Of a stretch of 64,000 bases of DNA, positions 49,000 to 57,124 are shown in pieces. Positions within the stretch are counted from its first letter, which is position 1, and every line of letters starts with the position of its first letter. Under the pieces are notes generated by a model, which did no database searches, was not told the DNA's origin, and worked only from the letters and a program-made list of their open reading frames with translations. The DNA lies in the IMG/VR virus record IMGVR_UViG_3300029258_003681, one strand, 5' to 3'. A program made the translations under genes and the position numbers. The DNA comes from a virus.

Positions 49000-49146
49000 A
49001 TTGGCCTTGGGATGGCCACAAAAAAGCACCCTGGTGTAGACGGTGGGCTTTGGCCTGCAACGCGACTCGGGATGTCGTAAAAAGCGCCCTGGTGGAGGCG
49101 TTGGGAAACCAACATTTACGAAGGCGGGTGTAGCAACCCGCCATAT

Positions 49147-49218
49147 AGCGGGGTGATGCAGTGGTAGCAATCAGGTCTCATAAGCCTGAAGTCATCGGTT
49201 CGAATCCGGTCCCCGCTA
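49147..49218 (+). tRNA. tRNA with CAT anticodon (elongator Met or Ile2)
   Basis: Full cloverleaf, loop CTCATAA; lacks the initiator 1:72 mismatch and the three consecutive G-C pairs. Confidence 0.9.
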
Positions 49219-49221
49219 CCC

Positions 49222-49526
49222 AGAGGTCTGAACGGAGGCGTGACCAGTATGAGCTTGACGAGTGAAGGCGATAATCGTAGCGAGGGTGGGTACCATGAAA
49301 AAGAGCCCTCACGCCACAACGGGGCAAGGAACAGTGCGAAATAGCGTCCGTGACTGAGGACGGAGAGACGTCCCATAAATGGGTGAAACGCCCTACGAAG
49401 CCAGGTCAACGTGACCATGCCGCGTCTGGCGGGGAAAGGTATGGAGGGAGATGTCAGGTCCGCCGATAAATAGGGACAGGCAAGCCGAGGAACAACGGAC
49501 GGGCGGGTGGAAGGCCCGCTGTTTTT
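49222..49526 (+). ncRNA. unidentified ~300-nt structured RNA ending in a terminator
   Basis: No SD-led ORF; multiple helices (GGCGTG/CACGCC, GAGGGT/GCCCTC, CGTCC/GGACG, GGTCA/TGACC, CCATGCC/GGTATGG); terminator GCGGG-N7-CCCGC plus T run. Confidence 0.5.
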
Positions 49527-49569
49527 ACAGAAAGGAGGACTAAATGGCTAGATAGAAAGGAGGTGTTTC

Positions 49570-49773
49570 ATGTCGCACCACAAACGGCGCAAGCCGCGAA
49601 GCCAGAGGGCAGGATGCAAGATGTGTAAACCTTGGAAGATTAATGGAATAGGAAAGAACACATCAATTTCAGAGGCTTTCTCGGACTACAAACGTAGGCA
49701 ATTCCAGCGTCGAGATATGGAAGAGGATATGATGAGCACTGATAGCTCAACTGGTAGAGCCGTCGGTCGATAA
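49570..49773 (+). CDS. small basic protein with CKMCKP motif
   Basis: AGGAGG SD; 3' end overlaps the next tRNA. Confidence 0.55.
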   Translation: MSHHKRRKPRSQRAGCKMCKPWKINGIGKNTSISEAFSDYKRRQFQRRDMEEDMMSTDSSTGRAVGR

Positions 49774-49808
49774 CCGACAGGTCGTTGGTTCAAATCCAAC
49801 TCAGTGCA
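49736..49808 (+). tRNA. tRNA-Ile(GAT) with C33
   Basis: GCACTGA/TCAGTGC; loop TC-GAT-AA; T-arm GTTGG-TTCAAAT-CCAAC. Confidence 0.9.
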
Positions 49809-49814
49809 CAGAAG

Positions 49815-49892
49815 GGGTCAGTAGCGCAAAGGCAGTCGCGGCAGGCCGTTAACCTGTGTCTTATGTAGGTTCGAATCCTACCTGGCCCGCCA
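49815..49892 (+). tRNA. tRNA-Asn(GTT) with C33, encoded CCA
   Basis: GGGTCAG/CTGGCCC, G73 then CCA; loop CC-GTT-AA; T-arm GTAGG-TTCGAAT-CCTAC. Confidence 0.85.
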
Positions 49893-49930
49893 AAAACGAT
49901 GGCGCTGATGATTGGCGCAGGAGGTGATAG

Positions 49931-50356
49931 ATGAATGAGAAACCAAAAACTCTGGGCGACGTGATGGGGAAAGATCTTCCTGGTTGGAAGATGGTGCAGG
50001 GATATTGTCTTGCTTTGAGTCATGGCCTGATGGGATTCTTTCCTGCTGTTACAAATGATGAATCCGATGATGGCAGGGGCGAGATTGTTGTGTGTATCGA
50101 GAAGATACAGCTCAAGCGTGTCTGGGATAAGTTGCGTCGCAGGAAGGCGCATGTGGACTCGTTTCAACTGCTGGTCAATGAGGAGATGCGGATCGGGTTC
50201 GATGTTAAGGGTGGGGCTGACATGAAGTCTTTGCGGGTGTTTCTGGAGAGAGATCTTGATGAAATGTGTGCTATGGAAGATCCTTTTCGATGGGCACGAG
50301 GGTTGTTGAGCTTTTCCGAGTGTCCCGAAGACTTTTCCCCTGATTTTGGGGATTGA
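49931..50356 (+). CDS. hypothetical protein
   Basis: AGGAGG SD, ORF track. Confidence 0.6.
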   Translation: MNEKPKTLGDVMGKDLPGWKMVQGYCLALSHGLMGFFPAVTNDESDDGRGEIVVCIEKIQLKRVWDKLRRRKAHVDSFQLLVNEEMRIGFDVKGGADMKSLRVFLERDLDEMCAMEDPFRWARGLLSFSECPEDFSPDFGD

Positions 50357-50497
50357 AGGGATAGGACTGTTGCGAACTGGAGTTCGCGGGGGCTGACTTC
50401 CGAGATGACGGCGGGGATAAAATAGGTTGACAAACTTGCGATAGGGAGTAATATAGCCAGTGTGGATCGCAGCAAGATGCTGCTGGTTGGAGCGAGA

Positions 50498-50935
50498 ATG
50501 AATCTGAGGTTTTACACAAGGGAGACATTGCAGGAATCGATGCGGTGTTTCTTCGATTACGAGCGTGGAACTTTTTCAATGGAGGACAAAATGAATGACT
50601 CTCTTTTAAGCGAAGGTAACGTGGTGAGGGTGGAGGCTCTCAAGGAGTTGACGATCATGGTGGCGGCGCCAGGAGCCACTCGGGACAATACGACTGTCCA
50701 CACGGACGTCGGTTCTGATGGCAATGGTGGCGGTACGATCCATCTGAGCGTGGGCAAGCCCGACGTGTCCGAGGACTTGCAGGAGAGGGTCGATCTTTCG
50801 TTCGACGTGACTCATACGGTGCCGTCCCAGTATGATCTCAAGACGATCAAGGTCGGCATCAAGGACGGACTGATCTTCATGAAAATCAAGGCTTCGAAGG
50901 ACAGGATCTCTGCTGTCGTGATCGACGAGGAGTAG
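50498..50935 (+). CDS. small heat-shock protein (Hsp20/alpha-crystallin domain)
   Basis: TIMVAAPG, SFDVTHTVPSQYDLKTIKVGIKDGLIFMKI; promoter TTGACA at 50427. Confidence 0.7.
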   Translation: MNLRFYTRETLQESMRCFFDYERGTFSMEDKMNDSLLSEGNVVRVEALKELTIMVAAPGATRDNTTVHTDVGSDGNGGGTIHLSVGKPDVSEDLQERVDLSFDVTHTVPSQYDLKTIKVGIKDGLIFMKIKASKDRISAVVIDEE

Positions 50936-50939
50936 GTCG

Positions 50940-51956
50940 GTGGCTGACATCATCAGATACGGAATGGGGCGCAATTATCTTCCTGACTGGGGGTTTGCCG
51001 AGGCTCTGCGTGAGATCTATCAGAACTTCAGAGACTTCGGGGATTTTCAGCAGGGGGTTACGGCCCTTGCAGACTCCGATCTTTGTGAAGTCACGATGGT
51101 GAATGGCTTCATGCCAGAGGGTCATAACTTCATGAAGATCGGCGAGTCTGCGAAGCGAGGAGTGGCGTCGAAAGTTGGCGAGCATGGTGAGGGGCTGAAG
51201 ATGGCCTCGCTGGTTCTGAGGAGAAATGGGTGCAAAGTCGTAGTGCGATATGGCAATACTGAGCTGGCTGGGACGTTTTATGATGACCCGTACCTCGGGG
51301 AGTGTTTCGGTTTTGTGGTCTGCCCAACTACATGGATGGATGGGTTCAGGCTCACGTTCCAGGTTCCCAGGGAGGAATTCAAGATCTACGAGGAGTCGCA
51401 GCTGGATCCTGACAAGGACGTCATTCACTCTTCGACTTGCGGTGATCTCCTGGATAGGCCCAAGGGCGAAGTCTATGTGGGTGGTCATTTTGTGTCGGTG
51501 GTTGATGGGTTGCAGTATGCTTACAACTTTAATCCCAAGTTTGTGTCGCTGGACAGGGATAGAAAAGTTCCTCGTGATTTCGATGTGAATTGGGCGGCTT
51601 CGCAGATCCTTCAAGGCTGGGACGGTATGAAGGTCAAGGATATGGTTGAGCGGGATGCGTCATATATCGATCGGGTACCGCCTAAGATTGCGAAGAAGTT
51701 CAGACCCGCGTTGGCCAAGGGGGGAGCGGTTGTCTTTCGTGCTCAGAACATCCAGGCTCCTGACAAGGTTGCCAAGAAGCTTATGGAGATGCCTGTGAAT
51801 CAGAAGCGGGTTGCCAAGCTGAAGTTCAGTATGAGCCGCAAGCGGACACCTCATTCTATCCTTAAGGAATTCATGGATAAATATCGTCGTCATCTTCCTG
51901 CGGAGGGGAAGGCTGATGCGGTTGTTGTTTTGAAGAAGGCGAAGGGTTGGAAGTAG
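50940..51956 (+). CDS. GHKL (Hsp90/MORC-like) ATPase-domain protein
   Basis: ALREIYQNFRD (N box), IGESAKR..VGEHGEGLKMASLVL (G boxes). Confidence 0.75.
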   Translation: MADIIRYGMGRNYLPDWGFAEALREIYQNFRDFGDFQQGVTALADSDLCEVTMVNGFMPEGHNFMKIGESAKRGVASKVGEHGEGLKMASLVLRRNGCKVVVRYGNTELAGTFYDDPYLGECFGFVVCPTTWMDGFRLTFQVPREEFKIYEESQLDPDKDVIHSSTCGDLLDRPKGEVYVGGHFVSVVDGLQYAYNFNPKFVSLDRDRKVPRDFDVNWAASQILQGWDGMKVKDMVERDASYIDRVPPKIAKKFRPALAKGGAVVFRAQNIQAPDKVAKKLMEMPVNQKRVAKLKFSMSRKRTPHSILKEFMDKYRRHLPAEGKADAVVVLKKAKGWK

Positions 51957-51981
51957 TTTGAAAAAAAGTTGAAGAAAGGTG

Positions 51982-52009
51982 TTGACAAATGCTGTGGGGG
52001 AGTTACTAT
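51982..52009 (+). promoter_or_regulatory. sigma70-like promoter TTGACA-N16-TACTAT
   Basis: Predicts a start site just at the 5' end of the 52014 RNA. Confidence 0.7.
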
Positions 52010-52013
52010 CCCC

Positions 52014-52144
52014 AGCGTACCGAGAACTGGAGAGACATTCCAGACAAATAGCTCATTTGGTAGAGCATTGGTATACGGAACCAACGGTAGCAGGTTCAAT
52101 TCCTGTTTTGTTTACCCAGATGTTTCGCAAATTCTCTCGGTGCT
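52014..52144 (+). ncRNA. Y-RNA-like RNA enclosing a complete colinear tRNA cloverleaf (anticodon ACG)
   Basis: Cloverleaf 52042-52113; outer helices ACCGAGA/TCTCGGT and GAGACAT/ATGTTTC; T7 run follows; ends homologous to 48491..48632. Confidence 0.7.
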
Positions 52145-52160
52145 TTTTTTGACAAGATCG

Positions 52161-52225
52161 TTCGAGGACTGTGAAGTCGTTTCAGTCTGATGGTGACAAC
52201 GACCCGACTCCCAGACTCCCTCGGA
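52161..52225 (+). ncRNA. short Y-RNA-like stem-loop without a tRNA domain
   Basis: TTCGAGG/CCTCGGA and AGTCG/CGACT helices, GAGGACTG motif, T run follows. Confidence 0.45.
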
Positions 52226-52267
52226 TTTTTTCCTCGCAGCATTCACAATAACCTAAACGGGAGGTGC

Positions 52268-53887
52268 ATGATGAAGGACATCACGCCAGCAAGAGGATTG
52301 TGGAAAATTAACGGTGAACTCGCGCCAGCTGACGCCAGCAAGACGGTCTGTTCGTTTCTGGACACGGCGACGACCTCGTATGGTCGGGCGACTCACTACA
52401 ATACTCGCGAGGAGCAGAAACAGGCCGAGCTTGCGGTTCATGGCGATTTGTTTGTGATGTGCCGTGACATTTATTTGGCGCTCCTGTTGCTCCCAGGCGT
52501 GACCGATCATGCGCGGCAAATCGGCATCGGGAGTCTGTTGTCGAATCCTCGCGGGACGGACGCGGACATTTTTCTGAATGCGCGGATGGAGCGGGAGGTT
52601 TTGGTTCATCTCGTGAGCCATATTTCTCCGCCAAGGATGTTCAAGTTGTTCGACGCGTTCCGTGGACGCGGGGGTGAGTTCGGCGTGACGAAGGCAAATA
52701 ACGCACGGACGCGGAAGCTGATTCTGTCCACGCTTCTCGGGGCGAAGCGACTCGATCTGTGGGCAGTGAAGTATCGCTCCAAGATGTCGCGCGTGCTCGC
52801 GCATGCGTGGGGTCAGCGTCGGGCCAGCATCATTGGGTCGATCGTGCAGAAGGATCGGCGGACCTGGACGGCCAAGGAAAAGGCGATCATCAAGGAACAT
52901 GTCTTCAAGTTCCGTGGTGGGAACCAGGAGAAGTATGTGGTGGAGTGCATGGCCTTTGTCGCAGGGAAGCGAGAGGGGTTGACGATCCGTCTGCTCAAAG
53001 CGTTCGTGGATGCCAGAGTGGATATCAAGGCTGGGGAGAAGCTTCCGACCGAGGTCCTGGAAGGGATCCGCAGCACATATCACCCAGGGATCAAGCCCGA
53101 GGAGTTGATCAAGGTGAAGGCCGAGTCGGGCACGATGACGACTTGTGAGAAGCGTGTGGTCCAGAAGAGGGCGAAGTCGGCAGGCGTCGAGGTGGCGATG
53201 GATCCATTGCGGTACGACCCCGTGGAGTTGTACATCTACGCCTTTGAGAACGGAGCCGACGAGAAGGTGTTCGAGGCATTGGACCAGAAGGCCCAGGCTG
53301 CTGCTGCGGCTCTTCCGATGAGCTACAGTAAGATTGGTATCCTTGTGGATGGCTCGGGATCCATGGCTGGGGATCGAACTCAGCATTTGCGGCCTTTGGC
53401 GACGACATTGGCTCTTCGGGATATGCTGGCGAAGTCGGCTGACCAGAGTGAGATCGTGTACTGCGGTGGTGTCCTCGGGGATGACCAGCGGATAGTTCGG
53501 CCGCAGGGTGATACTTCGCTTGCAGAGGGCCTCTTGCACGCTCTGGGCCGCGAGCCCGAGGCTGTGTATGTCCTCTCGGATGGATACGAGAACGCTCCTG
53601 CTGGGCGCTTCCAGGACGTTCTGGTGGCTGCTCGGGGGATTGGTATCGATGTGCCAGTGTTCCATATGAACCCTGTGTTCGCGGCAGAGGGGGGCGCTGT
53701 GCGGCAGCTGTGCGACGAGGTGGAGGGTGCAGCGACGATGCCAGTACGGACTCCAGCTGCGCTTGCAACGTCCATGTTGCGTGGGTTGCTGGAGACAGAT
53801 CCTGAGACGGGGATCAATGCCCTGGTTCGGGGTGCGCTGCGAGGTTCGACGATTGAGAGCCTTGCTTTAATTGGAGGTGAAGCATGA
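52268..53887 (+). CDS. helical TROVE-like plus vWA protein (Ro60/Rsr-like architecture)
   Basis: C-terminal vWA MIDAS IGILVDGSGSM and VLSDGYEN; long basic helical N-part. TROVE homology is inferred, not verified. Confidence 0.6.
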   Translation: MMKDITPARGLWKINGELAPADASKTVCSFLDTATTSYGRATHYNTREEQKQAELAVHGDLFVMCRDIYLALLLLPGVTDHARQIGIGSLLSNPRGTDADIFLNARMEREVLVHLVSHISPPRMFKLFDAFRGRGGEFGVTKANNARTRKLILSTLLGAKRLDLWAVKYRSKMSRVLAHAWGQRRASIIGSIVQKDRRTWTAKEKAIIKEHVFKFRGGNQEKYVVECMAFVAGKREGLTIRLLKAFVDARVDIKAGEKLPTEVLEGIRSTYHPGIKPEELIKVKAESGTMTTCEKRVVQKRAKSAGVEVAMDPLRYDPVELYIYAFENGADEKVFEALDQKAQAAAAALPMSYSKIGILVDGSGSMAGDRTQHLRPLATTLALRDMLAKSADQSEIVYCGGVLGDDQRIVRPQGDTSLAEGLLHALGREPEAVYVLSDGYENAPAGRFQDVLVAARGIGIDVPVFHMNPVFAAEGGAVRQLCDEVEGAATMPVRTPAALATSMLRGLLETDPETGINALVRGALRGSTIESLALIGGEA

Positions 53888-54867
53888 CACGGAGAGACAA
53901 TGTGTCGATGGAGGACATTCTGTTCGGAGTCGGACATGGGCGTCCACAGAGCGTTGGCAATATGGAGGTCATCCCTCTTGTTGACGAGGGGGGGATCCAG
54001 GATCAGGGTTTTGATCCGCCTGATGGAGTGCAGGTTGGAACTTCCAACTATGGGACAGTGAACCTGCGGCATGAGGGTTCCAGGCCGACGATCATTCCGC
54101 CTGGTGCTGGTTGGGTGGTCAAGGAGGCTGCACAGGACCATGCGATCGGGAGCGGTGCGTTCATCCCTGGCGGCGGATCCAAGAAAATCGACACGGCCAT
54201 GTGCATCCAGTCGAACCAGGGCGGCACCATTTCTCAGGCTGCTCACGAGATGTTGATCCTCCCTGTCAGCTTGCGGGCTCCAGCTTTGGCTCTTCGCAAG
54301 AAGAAGGAATATGGGAAGCTGTGGAAGGATATTGGAACATTCAACAAGGGTTACGGTATTCGGTCGGAGCAGCAGTTGGCCTATTTCCTGAAGAACTTCG
54401 GCAAGCAGCTGGACCAGTTCGTTGCGGAATTTGAGTTGGTGCCGAAGCAGATCGGGGCGATCATCATGGTCAACGGCAAGTTGGTCGGTGTTGAGATGGC
54501 GCCAACGGTTGATTTTTGGGCAGCGATCTGGTCTCCGCTGATCCGTGTTTGCTACGGATCGTTCGCGGTGCGTCATGCTGATGATGCACAGCTGAACCGT
54601 GAGCCGTTGCAGATCGAAGAGCCGACTTTGGATGGGATCCAGGCGGCTTTGGATGTATCGCAGCGTGCGAGGGCCGAGCGGACTGATCGGTTGATTGAGC
54701 AGGTTCGATCTGATCAGTTTTCTCTTGGAACGGTCGATGGCAAGATGGCTGGCTATCGATTGATCACGGTCGGATCTCCAGGCGCGGTTCCGCTGGCGGG
54801 GCAGCTTGTCCTGTCCGAGGCGGCGAGGACGGCTCCTTACCTTTCCGTGTGTGTGAATGCCCGATAA
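53884..54867 (+). CDS. ARPP-1 / DUF6569-like protein
   Basis: GNMEVIPL, AQDHAI..AMCIQ, VPKQIGAIIMVNGKLVGVE..W..IW..LIR.CY. Confidence 0.6.
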   Translation: MTRRDNVSMEDILFGVGHGRPQSVGNMEVIPLVDEGGIQDQGFDPPDGVQVGTSNYGTVNLRHEGSRPTIIPPGAGWVVKEAAQDHAIGSGAFIPGGGSKKIDTAMCIQSNQGGTISQAAHEMLILPVSLRAPALALRKKKEYGKLWKDIGTFNKGYGIRSEQQLAYFLKNFGKQLDQFVAEFELVPKQIGAIIMVNGKLVGVEMAPTVDFWAAIWSPLIRVCYGSFAVRHADDAQLNREPLQIEEPTLDGIQAALDVSQRARAERTDRLIEQVRSDQFSLGTVDGKMAGYRLITVGSPGAVPLAGQLVLSEAARTAPYLSVCVNAR

Positions 54868-54944
54868 TAGTCGCGGTTTGAGGATGAAACCGTCCTTCTC
54901 TCCCTTGATAGAATCTTTCCAAAAAGGTAGAATGTTGGTCCTGC

Positions 54945-56300
54945 ATGGAGGTGTTTTGGATGAGAGCTAATATTCTGAAAGCATTCAAGAAATCGGTCAA
55001 TAGTAAGCACGGTAAAACGATGGGGCTTGCCTCCAATATGAAGCCACATGATATCCCTCGATTGTCTACGGGAAGTTTGAGTTTTGACATGGCCCTTGGG
55101 GGTGGTGTTCCGATTGGGCGGTTGACAATGTTTCGGGGATCTGAATCGTCTGGGAAAACGACGGCAGCTCTTCGCGTTGGTGCTCTCGCGCAGGGTCTGT
55201 GTGCGAATTGTTTGCGACCAGCGACTAATCTCGAAGTGGTTGAGAGCGGTTTTGATGAGGAGACAGGAGAGGTGGAATATGAGGCGCATGCGTTTTGTGA
55301 TTGTTACGAGAAGGGGCTTTTTAAGCCTCAGCCTTATCCCGACGAGTACTCTGATCGTGAAAAGGGCACGATGAAGCAGATTAAGATCGAGGTGGTGGAC
55401 GAGAAGACGGGCAAGACCAAGGAGAAAAAGACCACAGCATTTGCAGAGCGTCTTCGGCGTTATGAGGAGAATTCATACGAAGAATACCGTGTGGCGTTTT
55501 TTGATTATGAGCATACGTTGGATCTGGCCTGGGCACGAGATGTGGGAGTGGAAACGCGTTTGCTCGTTGTGGTTCAGCCTGCGACTGCGGAAGAGGGGAT
55601 TGATATTTACGATGAGCTGATGCGGACGGGCACGATTGATCTGTTCCTTCTGGATTCTGTTGCGGCGATGACGCCGAGCATCGAGGTGGAGGCCAGCACG
55701 GAGGACGAGCAGCGTGCGGCCCAGGCGAAGTTGGTCAATAAATTTGTGCGGAAGGCGACGGCTTCGGTTATTGATGGCGGACGGGATTATGGAAAATGTC
55801 CGACTCAAATCTGGATCAACCAGGAACGCGCGTCTATGGAGACGGGCTTTGGACCAAAGTCCATTATGCCAGCGGGCCAGGGACAGAAGTTTGGATCTTC
55901 TGTTATTGTTTCGATGTGGGCGAGCAAATGGGAAAAAGAGGTGGTTGATGCTGAGTTGAAAAAGGAATTTCGTCTGGAGATCGGCAAGGAAGTCCGCATG
56001 AATTTCAAGGTGGTCAAAAATAAAACGGCAGCTGCCCAGGCGATGGGCGGGTATATAATGCGTGTTGTTGGGACGCGAAGAGGGCATATTGATGAGTTGA
56101 AATATGTTCTTGATCAGGCTCAGAAATATGAATTGTACCGCGAGGTCAAAGAAAAGAATAAGAAAACGTGGTTTGTTGGAGATGAAGAATTTACCAAGAA
56201 GGGGTCGGCGCTGGCCCGAATCGAGGAGCCTGCTGTATTTGAGGCGATGAAAAAGTCGCTGTTGAAGCGGATGCTCGATGGGTTTGGCGCGGAGAAGTAA
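54945..56300 (+). CDS. recA: RecA-family recombinase with a large insertion
   Basis: STGSLSFDMALGGGVPIGR, GSESSGKTT, FFDYEHTLD, LLDSVAAM, INQER, GGQ-like GQGQKF, KVVKNK. Confidence 0.93.
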   Translation: MEVFWMRANILKAFKKSVNSKHGKTMGLASNMKPHDIPRLSTGSLSFDMALGGGVPIGRLTMFRGSESSGKTTAALRVGALAQGLCANCLRPATNLEVVESGFDEETGEVEYEAHAFCDCYEKGLFKPQPYPDEYSDREKGTMKQIKIEVVDEKTGKTKEKKTTAFAERLRRYEENSYEEYRVAFFDYEHTLDLAWARDVGVETRLLVVVQPATAEEGIDIYDELMRTGTIDLFLLDSVAAMTPSIEVEASTEDEQRAAQAKLVNKFVRKATASVIDGGRDYGKCPTQIWINQERASMETGFGPKSIMPAGQGQKFGSSVIVSMWASKWEKEVVDAELKKEFRLEIGKEVRMNFKVVKNKTAAAQAMGGYIMRVVGTRRGHIDELKYVLDQAQKYELYREVKEKNKKTWFVGDEEFTKKGSALARIEEPAVFEAMKKSLLKRMLDGFGAEK

Positions 56301-56748
56301 TGGCAAAAGGAAGAAGAAAGCGTGTCGGGGATTTCAGGGTCAATGATGAGGTGGTTTTAAAGGGGCGAAAGGATGGGCGGAGATTTACGATTGGTGGTTT
56401 TCCTTCCCGTCGGACGGTGATTGTCAATGCGATCAATCCCGAGAGTGGGCTACCATCTTCGGTCAAGTGTGCCCTTGGCGATATTGAAAAGGTTGTGTGA
56501 TGAAGCTCAGAATAACGAGGGTTTTCGAGGGGGATTCGATTACTAAGTATTTGGGTTTGTGTGGGTGTGTTGGGGTTCTTGCGCCAGAAGATGGTTTGTT
56601 GATTCAGGAAGAGGGGCGCTCAAAAGTGTATGTTCGTGCGTCAGATCTGGAGGCTGCGTTGAAGCTTGATGCTTCTGACGTGGTGGAAGTTGATCCGTGG
56701 AGGAAAGATGACGAGGCATCGGCCGAGCAAATACCTACCGAAGAATGA
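56300..56748 (+). other. two small hypothetical CDS (56300..56500, 56497..56748)
   Basis: ORF track, overlaps. Confidence 0.5.
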
Positions 56749-57097
56749 TGGGTCTCCTGATGATCAGGAACGTCGTGTTGCGCGCAGGCTTGGAGGGAAG
56801 AAGGTAGCGGGCTCAGGATCCTCGATGTATTCGAAGGGGGACGTGCGCGATGTTTCGGCCATTTCCGAGGCGGATTCTGCTGACTCTGTAGAGTTCTTGA
56901 TTGAGTGCAAGCAGACGATCCATGCGAGTCTTTCGGTGAAATGGTCATGGTTGACAAAGATTACGCGGGAGGCGAATGCTGTGCAGAAGGAGCCTGCCTT
57001 GGCGATCGAGATTCAGGGCGGTAAGAATGATCCCATGTGCGACAGAGATTGGGTTTTGCTCCCAGCCCGTACGTTTGAGAGATTAACGAAGGGGTAG
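56708..57097 (+). CDS. PD-(D/E)xK nuclease, Holliday junction resolvase-like
   Basis: ERRVARRLGG..AGSGS..KGDV..LIECKQT. Confidence 0.75.
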   Translation: MTRHRPSKYLPKNDGSPDDQERRVARRLGGKKVAGSGSSMYSKGDVRDVSAISEADSADSVEFLIECKQTIHASLSVKWSWLTKITREANAVQKEPALAIEIQGGKNDPMCDRDWVLLPARTFERLTKG

Positions 57098-57124
57098 TGC
57101 GAACTGGAGTTCGCGGGAGATGAA

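Noticed and set aside
49002-49102. c-di-GMP-I riboswitch (GGGA...AAAGC resemblance)
   Set aside because: The GNRA tetraloop/receptor arrangement and P1 junction of that aptamer are not present, and the downstream element is a tRNA, not an mRNA.
48488-49418. ORF-track proteins over the RNA cluster (48488..48769, 48522..48716, 48819..49115, 48836..49144, 49116..49418)
   Set aside because: They overlap the Y-like RNA, tmRNA and tRNA structures; only the last 10 codons of 48488..48769 are meaningful, as the tmRNA tag.
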